Source: Octopus vulgaris (Eukaryota). Taken from it: a stretch of DNA of 64,000 nt. The number at the start of each line of letters is the position of its first letter. Positions within the stretch are counted from its first letter, which is position 1. The notes below the pieces were generated by a model, which saw only the letters and a list, made by a program, of their open reading frames with translations, had not been told where the DNA came from and made no database searches. The position numbers and the translations under genes are program-made. Location of the stretch: assembly GCA_951406725.2 (NCBI GenBank), contig OX597814.1, positions 103,230,001-103,294,000 on the forward strand, in the 5' to 3' direction. Shown piece after piece: positions 47,647 through 60,656 of this stretch.

Positions 47647-47670
47647 AATAATAATAATAATAATAATGAA
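47484..47670. repeat. (GAT)n/(GGT)/(AAT)n compound microsatellite
   Basis: Direct repeat. Confidence 0.95.
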
Positions 47671-48643
47671 AATGATTAATAATAAAAACAACAACAATAA
47701 TAATATAATATATATAGTCAGTATTCTAATATGGCCAATGTCAAGATTTATTTTTGAAATCAAGTGTCATATATTTTACTACCACACATACAGGTGTGTA
47801 CACACACACACAACTTTTCACAAATAATATCACATAAAAAAAAACATACACCCCATCACTCCCACATCCAGTACCACAAACATGAAAACAACAGAATTTG
47901 ACTCCCTATTAGGAACACAAGCTTACCTCAGTTGCCTCAGCTTGTACTCCCTTATCTCACTTTTAATGGCCACAAGGCTAGTTTCTTCTCCCACCCTAAA
48001 TGCAGTTTAATTGATCTCTCCAAAAGTCAATTGTGGAAAATTAGCAAATGTAGCCTTCAAATTCGGAATACTTATAGAAGAATGGAACGGCGGCTCTGCT
48101 GCCAGCAAATGGTCCCATGACATTGAAAACAGACCAATAGATTTACCCATTTCAACATAGTAGACTTTTAATCCTTATATCTAAACCTTCCCTTTGAAAG
48201 ACCTTGACCTCTGGAGACAGTTCCACTTTGATTAGAGATCTTGATATGAATACAGAAGTGAATTACTTGGAAGTTTCTGTGGCTCCATGATGATCCTTAA
48301 TGGGTCACAACATTTCTATGGGATTCTGTGGTGGAGCTGCAGAGGCAGGTGTCTCAGGGTTGTTTATCGTTGATCCTTTTAGAATGTAAAACTCTTGCCA
48401 TAGCTTAGGATTAGACAGAGATGACAGCTTAGCAATCTCACATGATATTGCATCTCCACTCAATGGACAGACATAGAGACATTCTAATGAATATTTTTAT
48501 AGAATTTGGTTTAATTATAAACATCAGCTCTAACCTAATATGGACCAACTTCCTTGGCTTTTCATTGTATTTAATTACCAGAAGGCAATGCCACTATAGA
48601 AAACTAAATGACAATGCAATGCAATGTGTGTGTGTGTGTGTGT

Positions 48644-48711
<68 letters not shown>

Positions 48712-49197
48712 CCATCTTCCATAATCATAGAAGCTGGATGCTGGTATATGTAGAAGAGTCTCTGATTTATCCTTGGACATGGACATCTTTGATAGAGTTG
48801 TTCCTTGTTATAATAATACTGAAGCTAGAAGTGGTTTTGGTGTGAAGCTGTTTCTAAATGAAACACCTACCTTCCTTCTCCAAACCAGATATGAACCAGA
48901 AAGAGAAAGGTAAGCTGGTTTAATCCATCACATAACTTGTATGTTACCATGGGTATAGTCAGGAATTGCCAAACATTAGTAAGACAGCATCTCTCATATA
49001 CAAATACAATAAGTTTTTCAATAGTCCCTATATTAAGGTAAGTTATCTTTGTCTGGTCAGCAACACTTCCCAGATTTTATGCTACAATCAAAACCATTCC
49101 CATCCAACTGCCAACTTGCAACTAGTAAAACCTTAAGATATAAATGTTTTTCAATAATATGGAACATTGTCAATAAAGCTGCACCTTATTTCAACAG

Positions 49198-49198
49198 A

Positions 49199-49242
<44 letters not shown>

Positions 49243-49260
49243 ATATATATCCATTTATCC

Positions 49261-49302
<42 letters not shown>

Positions 49303-49334
49303 ATATATATATATATTTATTTATCCATCCATCC

Positions 49335-49383
<49 letters not shown>

Positions 49384-49403
49384 CCTACCTACCTACCCAC
49401 CTG

Positions 49404-49484
<81 letters not shown>

Positions 49485-49485
49485 G
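49198..49485. repeat. (CTAT)n compound microsatellite
   Basis: Direct repeat. Confidence 0.95.
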
Positions 49486-49721
49486 TGTGTGTGTTTATAG
49501 ATATGTATATACAATTACATGTTATTATATATTAATTCTTTCAATATATAATTTAAATGATGCATTTATGAGAACCAAAGTAACTTGTTGCATTCCAGGT
49601 GACAACGTTTGACCAAATACACCCTGCTATCCTCCCTTCTGCCATACGAATAGATGTGTGTGTGTGTGTGTATGAATGAATTATTTAAAAGTTTGCACTA
49701 TGATCGTTTTGAGCCCTGGTC

Positions 49722-49809
<88 letters not shown>

Positions 49810-49814
49810 GTATG

Positions 49815-49875
<61 letters not shown>

Positions 49876-49892
49876 TTTTTTTTTTTTTTTTT

Positions 49893-50125
49893 TGAGCCGG
49901 GCGACGTGTCCAAATCTGGACACGTCGCCCGGCTCACCGATAATTGGTGGACGCACGCAGTTGTCGAGTGGTACCTGCGTGAGCGGAAAAGACCACCCGG
50001 AAGACCTCCACGACGGTGGAGTAACGATTTCAGGAGGACGATTGGGATCATGTGGATGAGAAAGGCGCGATCCAGAGAGGAGTGGACAGCGTGCTGTGAC
50101 CAGCGGTGTCAAATGGACGCCTGAC
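49893..50125 (+). mobile_element. Young GC-rich RTE 3' fragment starting with a perfect 20-bp inverted repeat
   Basis: SGHVARLTDNWWTHAVVEWYLRERKRPPGRPPRRWSND. Arms at 49893-49912 and 49917-49936. Confidence 0.85.
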
Positions 50126-50215
50126 GGACTACAGGGATGCATCTGTTTCAGCATTCGATCCTCAGAAAAGGAAAGGTTGGTAAAAAGGCCAAAAGGAAAG
50201 GTTGGTAAAAAGGCC

Positions 50216-50650
50216 AAACTTGTAATTGGTTTTTGTGCCTTTCCTCACTTACAGTCATGAACAATGGGGAATGACTGAAAGAGTACAATCGCAAATACAA
50301 GCAGCTGAAATGGGGTTCTTCTGAAGGGGGCATAGTTTGGAGATCAGGGAGTCTCTTCAGGTTGAGCTCCTACATCTTGGCATTGAGAGGTCATAGCTCC
50401 AGTACTATGGATATGTGATTCAAGTATTGCAGGAAAGAATTGCAAGAAGGATATTTCAAGCCAAGCCAACCAGCAAATTGAAAGTGAGGTGCTTGGATAA
50501 CATCCATAGCCTCAGTTGGCCATGCTTGGGAATTCAGCTGGAAAATATAATGATGATTGCTTCTAACAGGACCCTGTAGAGGAAGAGGTGCCTGTGGACT
50601 CTATCCTATGACCTTCCCAGGAATAATGGGCAAAGAAGATAGATGAGTGG
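50216..50650 (+). mobile_element. Old RTE fragment
   Basis: FVPFLTYSHEQWGMTERVQSQIQAAEMGF motif and a YGYVI remnant. Confidence 0.6.
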
Positions 50651-50672
50651 ATGGAAACTAAAAGAAGCTCAT

Positions 50673-50720
<48 letters not shown>

Positions 50721-50741
50721 CATGCGTGTGCATGTGTGTGT

Positions 50742-50779
<38 letters not shown>

Positions 50780-51466
50780 ACATTTACATGTGCCTTTGAA
50801 GGTGTGTAAAGTATAAGATCTTTTTTCTTAAAAGACAGGTAATGGTTAGTGATAGGAAGGACTTCAGGCTACAAAACATTGTCTCAATAATATATTTCTC
50901 TAACCCATACCAGCATGGAAAATGGAATGAAAACCTATTTCTAAAATATCTTCCCATTATGTTTGCCGGTGTAAACGACTTATACAACCTCAGCATTTAT
51001 CCCATGAGAATCCCTGACAATCTCATTGAGGCTCAGCTGCCAATAGTTTTGTTCTAATGTCTAATCTTTTTGGATCATATTGTTTTACAGTCATTGAACT
51101 GTGACTGTATTGGGGCACCCCTTCAAGGGTTTTCATCAATCATCTTCATTCAGTACTTCTCTAAATTTGATAGTTATTTTATTAATCTCTATTTGTCAAA
51201 GTACTAAGTTATGGCGTATAAAGAACCCAACATGTGCAATGAATTTTTGTATCATCTCAACAGTAAGAAGAAACACCTGATCAAACAATGGAGGATTCAT
51301 TAAACATTCATTGTTACTATTGAAGAGGGAACAAAATCCATTAAAACCATTATCTCATTCAGAAAGAAACACTGACTCTACATTTATCATGCATTGAGCA
51401 CTTCCTTGAGTTATGATCTGCTCAATATCAGTTTAAAATTTATATACAGTATGTGTGTATGTGTAG

Positions 51467-51507
<41 letters not shown>

Positions 51508-51997
51508 ATATCTATACAAATCAAATTTTTATATATAAAAGATGGAGGTGGAAATAGCACAGAAGTAAGTCTAAGACATTTCAATTTAAGAAGGAATTTA
51601 ATAAAAGATTATATAAATAAAAATATTAATATTACCAGTTTTTATGTATTTCATCTTATCAAATATCAGTAAGAATTTTTTTATAACAATTTGAAAAATT
51701 TGAAGTAAAAACAGCCTATCTTCTGTCTGGTAGTCAAGAACATATATATATAACGGGAAGCGTTATGAAAATAGACAAAAGACGAAGGCAGGTTTACGGA
51801 AATAAACAAATGACGAAGGCAAAATGAATTTAATTCTTATTTTAACCATTGAATTAAAGTGTAATGTTTGTATCTCCTGGTGCTTAAGTGACCATGAAAT
51901 TGTTTGTGATTCTCATGTGATATGTGCTGAAGTAGAACTGCCATTTTATGGCAGTGTAACATAGTCTTTGATTAGAAGAGATGGCAGGGTGTTAAAT

Positions 51998-52047
<50 letters not shown>

Positions 52048-52693
52048 TGATAAATGTTTATCATTGTTGTTAAGTGTGTCCTACAATGGTAACTGGTTTA
52101 CTCCAACCCATCCAAAACTGTTTCTTGTTCTATGATTAAAAATCTGTCAAAAAATATGAAAGTAAAACCCTCAATTACGATGTTCCAAATATCATCTTAA
52201 TCATGAAAATGTTAATTATTCTTCCAAATTCTTCGTTTAGTTTATAATAAAAACACATGGATATTGTTTGTGTTTCATTAGAGAAATTATTAAGTCTATG
52301 TAAATAATACACAATAAATCTAGCGTTTGAAAATAGAAATATTTGTGGTATAAAAAAGTTATTTAATATTACAAAAAAAAAAAGCTGTACAGTACTGAAA
52401 AATTTTCTTCTGTGTAAAATGGTGTGATTACAAAAACATAAACCATAGAAAATACAATAAATATTGTCAGTCTGATAAAACATTTCCTATGTAAAATCCA
52501 GAAAATGTGTAACTTTGTTGTCCTAATTTCAATAAATTATTTTCATGAAATATTTTGCAATCACTTTGTTTTGTTTGTTTTTGTAGTCTCCCCCACCCCC
52601 TGAAACACTTTGATCCTTCTTCATTTTTGTATTTAGTTTGCAAGATTCTTGATGTCAATTCATGTGTTGAAACAAATCTTGGGAGGGTCATTA

Positions 52694-52740
<47 letters not shown>

Positions 52741-53074
52741 GTCTCTCTCTATCTATCTATCTATCTAGCTAGAACATATGAGAAAAGATTTGCAGTCAAT
52801 AAGCACACGAAATATACACACCTATCATCAGCTGACGAACGGATATCATTATGCTTTCCACTCTTGGGCAGAACTATTGTACCTGGCAGGGGTCAACAAT
52901 GCTGAAAGCATAAACACTACTTAGAGATTAATGAACCAAATGCAGGAGGGAAACATTTGCACAATACTTTTAAAGTACAGAACTTTGTCTATCAGTCTTT
53001 TGTGTCGAACCACTAAGTCACGGGGATGCAAACAGACATAAAAACACACACATAGATATACATACATATACACG

Positions 53075-54770
53075 TGATGATTGCTTCATCTTGACAGATG
53101 TTAGCCATCCCATCAACACAGCACAATCCCTCAGTTGATGACTCTTAAGACCAGCTGCTGACTGACAGGGTTTAAAACACAAGTGACAGATACTATTCAA
53201 GTTTCTTTTACATCTCTGTCCTTTGGAATCTGATTCTGAAGGAATGCTTTTGTGAACTAGCATATGTCATTTATTGTCTTACAAGTTTTGTGACACAAGT
53301 TGTCAGAGGCGGTTGGTGTCCAAGATCCTTACCTATCTGGGCATTTTGATTTCCATGTGACTTCATATGATTCACGTATCCTGCTTTCGACAACAGAACA
53401 CAATCATGCATAATACATATCCAAAGTTCACTGTTGATTGCAGTTCCAAATTGTTCTTTTAAGCTCTGAGTTCTGAATCATCTTTTCCTCCCAGGCATTG
53501 CAACCAGTCCTAACAGCACCTCTCCACTTGTTCTGATCTAGTGCATCATTTTCTCAATCACTTTTGTTCATATCTAGTTTCTTCAGGTTTTCCTTCACAC
53601 AATCTTTATACCTTTTCCTTGGTTCATGTTTTGGTCACTTACCAAAGTTGAGCTCACCATGAAAAAGACACTTTGGCAATCACTCATCTTTCATTCTAAT
53701 AACATGTCCAGTCCACCTTATTTGAGCCCAGATAACATGGTGTTTAATTGAACTATGTGTCATGTGCAAAACTGCTGTATCTAGTATGAAACATTCCCAC
53801 TTGACTCCCAAGATACATTTGAGGCACTTTTAATGAAATCTCTCCAGCATTTTTCATATGATGCTTGTAAGTGGTCCACGTCTCACTCAAATAAAGAACT
53901 GCAGTCAATACACACGCTTTATAGACACTGACTTTTGTCTGCAGGGAAATACTTCTATCTGCCCAGACTCACTTTTCGAGCTTTTCATATGCAACACTTC
54001 CCTTTCCTATTCGATATCTCTGCATCAAGGCTACTATTCCTTGACAGTGTGTTTCCAAGGTAAACAAAGGTGTCAATGACTTCTAACCGAGTACCATTTG
54101 CAAAAATGTTTGGTTCAGAATATATTTGTCCTGGCACAGAAGTAAACGTTACTTTGGTTTTCCCAAGACTAATTGTGAGTCTGAAATGTACACATGCAGT
54201 GGAAAATCTGTCCATTATACGTTGCATATCCCCCTCTGCATATGCCATCAAATCAGCTTCATCAGCATAAAATAATTCTCTAACAATTGTTTCAAAAGTA
54301 TTTGCTTTGCAGTTAAACCAGGTCAGATTAAAAATGCGACCAGATGTCTGAAATCTGGTTTCAATTACCCTGTTGCAACCCTTGAAAGCATACTAAAACA
54401 ATGCAGCAAAATAAACAGAGAAAAGCTAAGGGGTTGGAATATCTCCTTGTTTGACACCGTTGTCCATTCCTGAATAACTCACCATGAAAGACTACCTGAG
54501 CTTTTATGTTTTGCGTAGTTCCTTAAAGAACCTCACAAAACGTATTGGGCAACCAAGTTTACAGAAACCAATCCACAGTGCCTCCCTGTTTACTGTGTCA
54601 AATGCCTTAGTTAAATCTATGAAGACCTGGTATTGTGGAATTTGTTCCTCTAAGAATTTCTCTTGAATCTGCCTTGCAAAAAATATTATGTCCATTGTTC
54701 CTCGCTCAGGTCTGAAACCAGACTGTTCTTCAGGAATCACATGCGGACACACATTCGCAACAAGACGATC
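53075..54770 (-). mobile_element. RTE-clade LINE, degenerate and 5'-truncated, with C-terminal zinc finger
   Basis: PEEQSGFRPERGTMD..FIDLTKAFDTVNR (54504-54752), LFYADEA, FVYLGNTLS, CHLCFKPCQSAAGLKSH. Confidence 0.9.
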
Positions 54771-54771
54771 T

Positions 54772-55606
54772 AACAGTTACACTTGAGACTGTTTGATCTG
54801 GTTGCAAACAAAAATGTCTAAGCTAAGAGCTTTAGATTTTTTATAAAACAGCAAGCGAATGGGTACAACAACAAAGACAAAAAACAGAGAACTTTACACA
54901 ATTACAAATACAAACAACAATAATATAACAACAGGTGTCTTTCGACTGAGGACAAATCAAATTGAGCAGGTGTGTATAAAATGAAAGCCTTAAGGAAGGA
55001 ACATAGGAGATGGACATAAATGGTGTTGGTGGTTGGCAGTTAGGCCAAGAAAGAAAGATCATAGCTGGCCAGACACTAGTCACGTGGAAGGAAGGGAGAG
55101 GGGTAGGGGCAGCGGTGTTGAAGGATTAGAGAAAAAATCAGAGACAAAGGAAAAGGTACAGGGGAGATAAATGAGGAGAAAAAGTAGGAGTTACAAAAAG
55201 AGAGGACCAAGAAATGTGAGAGAGGGGAAGAAAGTATGAGGGGGACTAAAAGACAGAGTAAAAGAATCCTGCAAAATTTAGATACATGCCTACTGTATAA
55301 GGTGAGCAAAAGTGTACGTGGGCTGCTATATATCTATATAAATATAAAAAATGGAACAAAAACGCAATATAGGACAATAAAACATCCAGACTGATAGACA
55401 ATACAAGGTGGACAGGAAAAACAGGAGTTAGAAGGACAGGAAAAAAAAAGGACTGGTCATTTGTGCCTTTCTTTCGTCAGTCAAGTTACCAGATGTCTCT
55501 ACAGTTTCGGGCAGTTACACTTGATACTGTTCCATCTGGTTGCTCCCCACAAAAAGTCTAAGCTAAAAGCATTAGATTTTTTGTAAGAAAGCAAGCGAAT
55601 GTGTAC
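54772..55606 (-). mobile_element. Penelope-type non-coding element with ~95-bp direct terminal repeats
   Basis: 54772-54870 repeats 55512-55606 (cagttacacttga..gtctaagctaa..agcaagcgaatg). Ends at (AT)n. Confidence 0.55.
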
Positions 55607-55972
55607 TATATATATATATATCAATCATTTTTGTACCAAGTCGAGTCAATATATATATATATATATACATATATAGGACAATAAATTGTATGAAGTTCAT
55701 GATATAAGTTGCCAAAAGTCCTTAATGAAAATCCAAAAAGTTTTTTGACTTGACCTGGTATAAAGGTGATTGATATTGTTCAATGAATTCAATTTCGACT
55801 TGCTTTTTAATATTTATATTTTTCTGACACTGCTCGATCGTTTTCAACCAAAAGATTCCTGTTATTTTGAAAAGTAATAATGTATTGTTTAATCAACTTC
55901 AAATTTTTATTTGATAAGTTATTAAATCACTGCACCGTTTATAAACATATACCATCATATTGTTCAAACTAC

Positions 55973-56022
55973 ACACAACTGTCTGATGATCAATTACGTG
56001 AAACTCTGAGTAGCAGTTTGTG
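55973..56022 (+). ncRNA. Minimal type I hammerhead-like motif
   Basis: Stem I cacaactgt/gcagtttgtg; CTGATGA at 55983-55989; GAAA at 56000-56003; CTC-T-GAG; TA. Stem II pairing is decayed. Confidence 0.6.
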
Positions 56023-56149
56023 AAGTCTTTTCAGTTTCAATAAAACACACTGTGTGCATGACTCTGTGAGTGTGTGTGTGTGTGTGTGGATAGAGATATA
56101 CAATTACATACACGTTTGCCTGCATTTATAAATAGCTATGCTAGAAACA

Positions 56150-56700
56150 CCAGCACTAACTGTGACTGCTCTCTCACCTATGTTCTGGGACAAATTATTC
56201 ATAAACATTCATATATGAACCCTATAACAGCAAATCACCATGCTATATAGACAAAAAAATCTTGATTAGTCATAAGAAAAACTTCAACCAACACAAAGTT
56301 TAACCTGGATGAGACATCTACCTTATGAACCCCAGGAAATTTTACTGCCTGGACCCAACACCATCCTTTCCTCTCCATCCACATCCCACAAACCTATATT
56401 CTCCTCCTATCATTCTCCATTTCCACTTTCTACACAATTACTTTTCCTGTATACCTATATGAAACCCTAGTTTTCCTTTATATAGCCCACCTACCAAAAG
56501 ACAAAAAGCCTGCTTAAAGCCGGAAAGAGCAAAGTAAACTACAATCTGATGACAGTAAACCAAAACTTCGAAGTCACTTTCAACTGTTTCCTTGAAATAA
56601 TTAATATGTACTCAACTAAAAAGTATTGAGTGGTCCTACAGCTTAATGTTAAATTGTTTTTATAACTTAACATTTAATAAAGTTTGTGTGTATTTGTGAG
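56150..56700 (+). mobile_element. Penelope-like 3' remnant with decayed hammerhead (56546-56575)
   Basis: CTGATGA-CAGTAAAC-CAAAA-CTTCGAAG-TC (GAAA probably lost by CpG decay; palindromic stem III). An upstream YEPYNSKS-like remnant parallels the other GIY-YIG tails. Confidence 0.5.
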
Positions 56701-56754
56701 TATGGACCTATATATAACTGTGTGTGTTTATACATATATAAAGGTTTGTATATT

Positions 56755-57631
56755 GTCGTCAGCTCATCCCTCGACTCCAAGGATTGATTTCTCCTCCTAG
56801 ACGAATGTTTGGACCATTAATGCTGGTGGCTAACAAAGTCAAATCCTGGCGTAAACCACACACGATTGCATTGACTACATGTGAACATCAGAGTCAGTTG
56901 TAGTCATTGCCATCTGGTCTTGATAATGATAATGAAATTATTGTATACAGTGCTCAGGTGCATCACAACTTGTCAAAAGTGCATATAAAGCATATGCAGT
57001 AATGCACAAATGTCTGGAAAGTGAAAAGTGTATGAGTCAGATACATGCTTGCGTGTGTATGGAGGGGAGAAAATCAGGTGTAGTGTAGTCTTCTGTTGCC
57101 GTTGTCTCTTCTCTTTTTTTTTATATATATTCCTTCTCTTTCAAACAGTATTACATTATTGTTTATTTTGTCGCTTGTCGGGACGGTTGGTTATGGTTGT
57201 CGTCTCAAAAGTCAGGAGATCGAAGCTGGTTTACTTTCAAAGTTAACTTTAGTTGATCTTTGAAGCATTGAAGAGGGACTCCTCTTCATCTTTTCTTGGT
57301 TGCCAGTTCGCTGCAGAGGATTTGAAGCAGAAGCCATTCATCGTTCATCCAGGTGATGTGGCCGGCCCATCGAAGGCAATGTTTGATGGTTAGGGATTCG
57401 ATGCTCTGGCTCTTCGCTTTTTCCATCACAGAGTTATTGGGCCCATAGTCAAACCATGTGATGTTCAAGAGAGAGTGAAGTTTCAGTTGATGAAAGTGTT
57501 TGAGTTTTTATGATGTCACGGTGAAACAAAGTCCAAGTTTCGCAACCATATGAGAGTGTTGATATGGCAACAGCTTTGTAGATCACAATTTTTGTCTTTA
57601 AAGTTAGGTCAATGATTTCTGACTCTTCGTT
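56755..57631 (-). mobile_element. RTE 3' fragment with a nested (ATT)-tailed LINE 3' end at ~56922-57090
   Basis: TKIVIYKAVAISTLSYGCETW and CLRWAGHITWMNDEWL. Confidence 0.8.
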
Positions 57632-58193
57632 TATGTATGTATGTATGTATGTATGTATGTATGTATGTATGTATGTATGTATGCATGTATGTATGCATGC
57701 ATGTATGCATGCATGTATGTAAGTATATTGATATGTATATGTGTATGTATATACCTGCACAGTATATGTATATATATATATAGAGGGAGAGGAGGAGAAA
57801 GTGAAAGACGTATATTAGCCTCTCTAACTATACATACACACAGAGGTTCTTTGAGGTGTGTATATCCTGTCTCTATGTTTACTGCTTTACAAACCTAAGC
57901 TTTTATGAGCTGCTGGACAGCTAGATTGCTAAATAATGCGATACTTACCAAACAAGTTCTGGCCAAATTCCTATGATGACATACCAACCTAATATTTCAT
58001 GTCTTTATTGATTTCAGTTATTCTTATTTTCCAGTTATTTAAATCTGAATTCTGCTGTTTACATTTCAAAATATCTTCTCATTGATCTGGTCCTTACAGT
58101 ATTGTGATGTGATATAAGGATTACTGAAAAAGTTGTGAGAATGAATATTTTGGACAATGATTGATACTGTTTTTAGCTGTTCTTTCATGCATG

Positions 58194-58244
<51 letters not shown>

Positions 58245-58249
58245 GTATA

Positions 58250-58411
58250 TTTAAAAAATAGGATAAAATCTTAATAAGAAATTTTAATACAAAATTATCA
58301 AGTAGTTAGCATGAAAAACCTCATAAGAGAAAAAATTTGTAAATTTTTTCACTTCAAAATATTTATTTATATTATATAGAGGGCATTATTACACATAAAT
58401 GCCCTCTATAT

Positions 58412-58485
<74 letters not shown>

Positions 58486-58884
58486 CTTTTCTCTCAGAAC
58501 CTTACAGTAGTCCAGAACAACTGAAATTTAGTCAGTCAGTTTATGGGCTCCACTACCTCAAATGTTCTTAAAATTTAAATCCATATCTTTGTCTATATAT
58601 CTACCTTCTCTATCATATTACCACTTGATAAGAAAATTTTGTATTAATGGAAAACCTCTATAAATGGCTGATGAGTGCTCAGCATTTTAAAACTGTTGTA
58701 ATACTTACAACATTTAATAAAATGATGTAGTGCGAAATGATCGTACAAAATTACCGGAGTTATTCTTGTTGCTTATTTTGATTATAATCACCCCATGGAT
58801 TTATATGGATAACACCATACAGAATTCTGGTGCATCTAAATTAAGTACCATATTCATTTGAATCTAAATTTTTGCTGAACCTAC

Positions 58885-58885
<1 letters not shown>
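58250..58885 (+). mobile_element. Penelope-type pseudo-LTR complex in (AT)n with hammerhead-like motif (58668-58745) and perfect 20-bp hairpin (58368-58417)
   Basis: CTGATGA at 58668-58674; 59-nt stem II with inner tgttgtaa/ttacaaca; GAAA at 58734-58737; TGATCG; TA. Confidence 0.6.
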
Positions 58886-58916
<31 letters not shown>

Positions 58917-58959
58917 GAGATAGTTATGGCCGGTTTATGGAGTTACCAGGATTTTGTGT

Positions 58960-60040
58960 GGAAGCTAGAATCAAAAGGCCTTTGAGTAAATATAGCAGAG
59001 ACCAAAGTTATAGTAAGCAGGAAGGCGAACTCATCACACACACCCTCGGGTAGGTGGCCCTGCTTGATCTGTAGAAAAGGTGTAGGTAGAAACTGCATAA
59101 GATGTACCCAGTGTAAGCTATGGACTCATAAGAGGTGCAGCAACATCAAAGGAAAATTAACCGAGAAGATAGCTTTCATGTGCAGCAGATGCACAGGGGC
59201 AATAGACTCCACAGATACTCAGAAAACAAATTCCAGGGGGAAAAACTAGAAGTAGTTGATAGTTTCTGCTACCTAGGTGACCAAGTTAGTTGTGGAGGTG
59301 GATGCTCAGAGAGTGTCACCACTAGAATACGAATAGCCTGGGCAAAGCTTAGAAAGCTTCTACCCCTACTGGTGACAAAGGGTCTCTCGCTCAGAGTGAA
59401 AGGTAGATTGTGTGATGCATGTATGCAAACTGCCATGCTTCACGGTAGTGAAACATCGACTCCGACTGCAGAAGACATGCGCAGGTTTGAAAGGAATGAA
59501 GCTAGCATGATCTGCTGGATGTGTAATGTCAGTGTGCACACACGACAGAGTGTAAGCGCTCTGAGAGAAATGCTGGACATAAGAAGCATCGGATGTGGTG
59601 TGCAAGAGAGACGTTTGTGCTGGTATGGTCATGTACTACGGATGGATGAGGAGAGATGTGTGAAGAAGTGCCACTCCCAAACAGTTGGAGGTATCCGGGG
59701 GAGAGGTAGACCCAGGAAGACATGGGATGAGGTGGTCAAGCATGATCTTTGAACGTTGGGCCTCACAGAGGCAATGACGAAAAAGACCGAGATCTCTGGA
59801 GATATGCTGTGACCCGACAAATAATGTGAGGTCATTGCTGTTTCCTGCACCATTTTCGCATAACCCCAGCCCATCCAAAGTACCTTGGATTGAAGAACGA
59901 CCTGCTGTACTTACCTTGGATCGTAGGGTAACCTGCTGTGCTTGAGGAGACCTATCGAGTCAAGCACATCAACATCAAAATAAATATCAAATGGAAATTG
60001 TGGAAAACGGACGTTAAACGATGATGATGATGATGATGAT
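58960..60040 (+). mobile_element. RTE LINE 3' portion with (GAT)n tail
   Basis: CRKGVGRNCIRCTQCKLWTHKRC and LEVVDSFCYLGD..RRLCWYGHVLRM..GRGRPRKTW. End gacgttaaacgatgatgat. Confidence 0.9.
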
Positions 60041-60591
60041 GAAAACGCTTAGCTTTACATCAAATCAGACCTCAATGGCCAGCAGTCTATAACCTCTCTT
60101 CAAAGTTGAGGAAGAAAAGAGCCTGTGGCTAGTTGTTGAGCACACAGATAAAGGAAAAGGGTCAGCACCAGGAATTGTCTCCCTTAGACCACTATCCAGA
60201 ATCCATCCCGTCAGCTTGCAGGTCCCAGGATTTCAGTTGGAACCGTCTGAAATGTAAGCAGGGTCCAAAGACTTCCGTCCTGGAATTTAAGATGTTCCCT
60301 GGGTTGAGGAAGTTCTTTAATATTCCCACCTGTTCAGCTCTGCACAGCTTGAAATGTTTGCTCCTGTTGGTATAGGGACCTAGTTTTTCTAGGATCTTCC
60401 ATGAGATTACGTGTAGAGTCCTTTTGTCCTTCAGGCACCACACATGGCTGGCCAAGGATGTGGCACATTGTCTCTGTGGAATCCTAAATGATGATCTGTG
60501 GTTGGAGAGGCACAGTTCCTTTGTGTGTTCAACAACTAGCTATGAGGTCTGTTCTTCCTCCACTTTGAAGAGAGGTTATAGGCCACTGACC

Positions 60592-60656
60592 ATTAGGGTC
60601 TGATGAGACGTTGTAAAGCTAAGTGCTTTATGGACGTGAAACCCTGGGTAACCTCA
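60592..60656 (+). ncRNA. Best-preserved type I hammerhead ribozyme candidate
   Basis: Stem I gggt/acct; CTGATGA at 60600-60606; stem II ACGT-TGTAAAGC/GCTTTATG-G-ACGT; GAAA at 60638-60641; CCC-T-GGG; GUA site ending at 60650. Confidence 0.7.
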
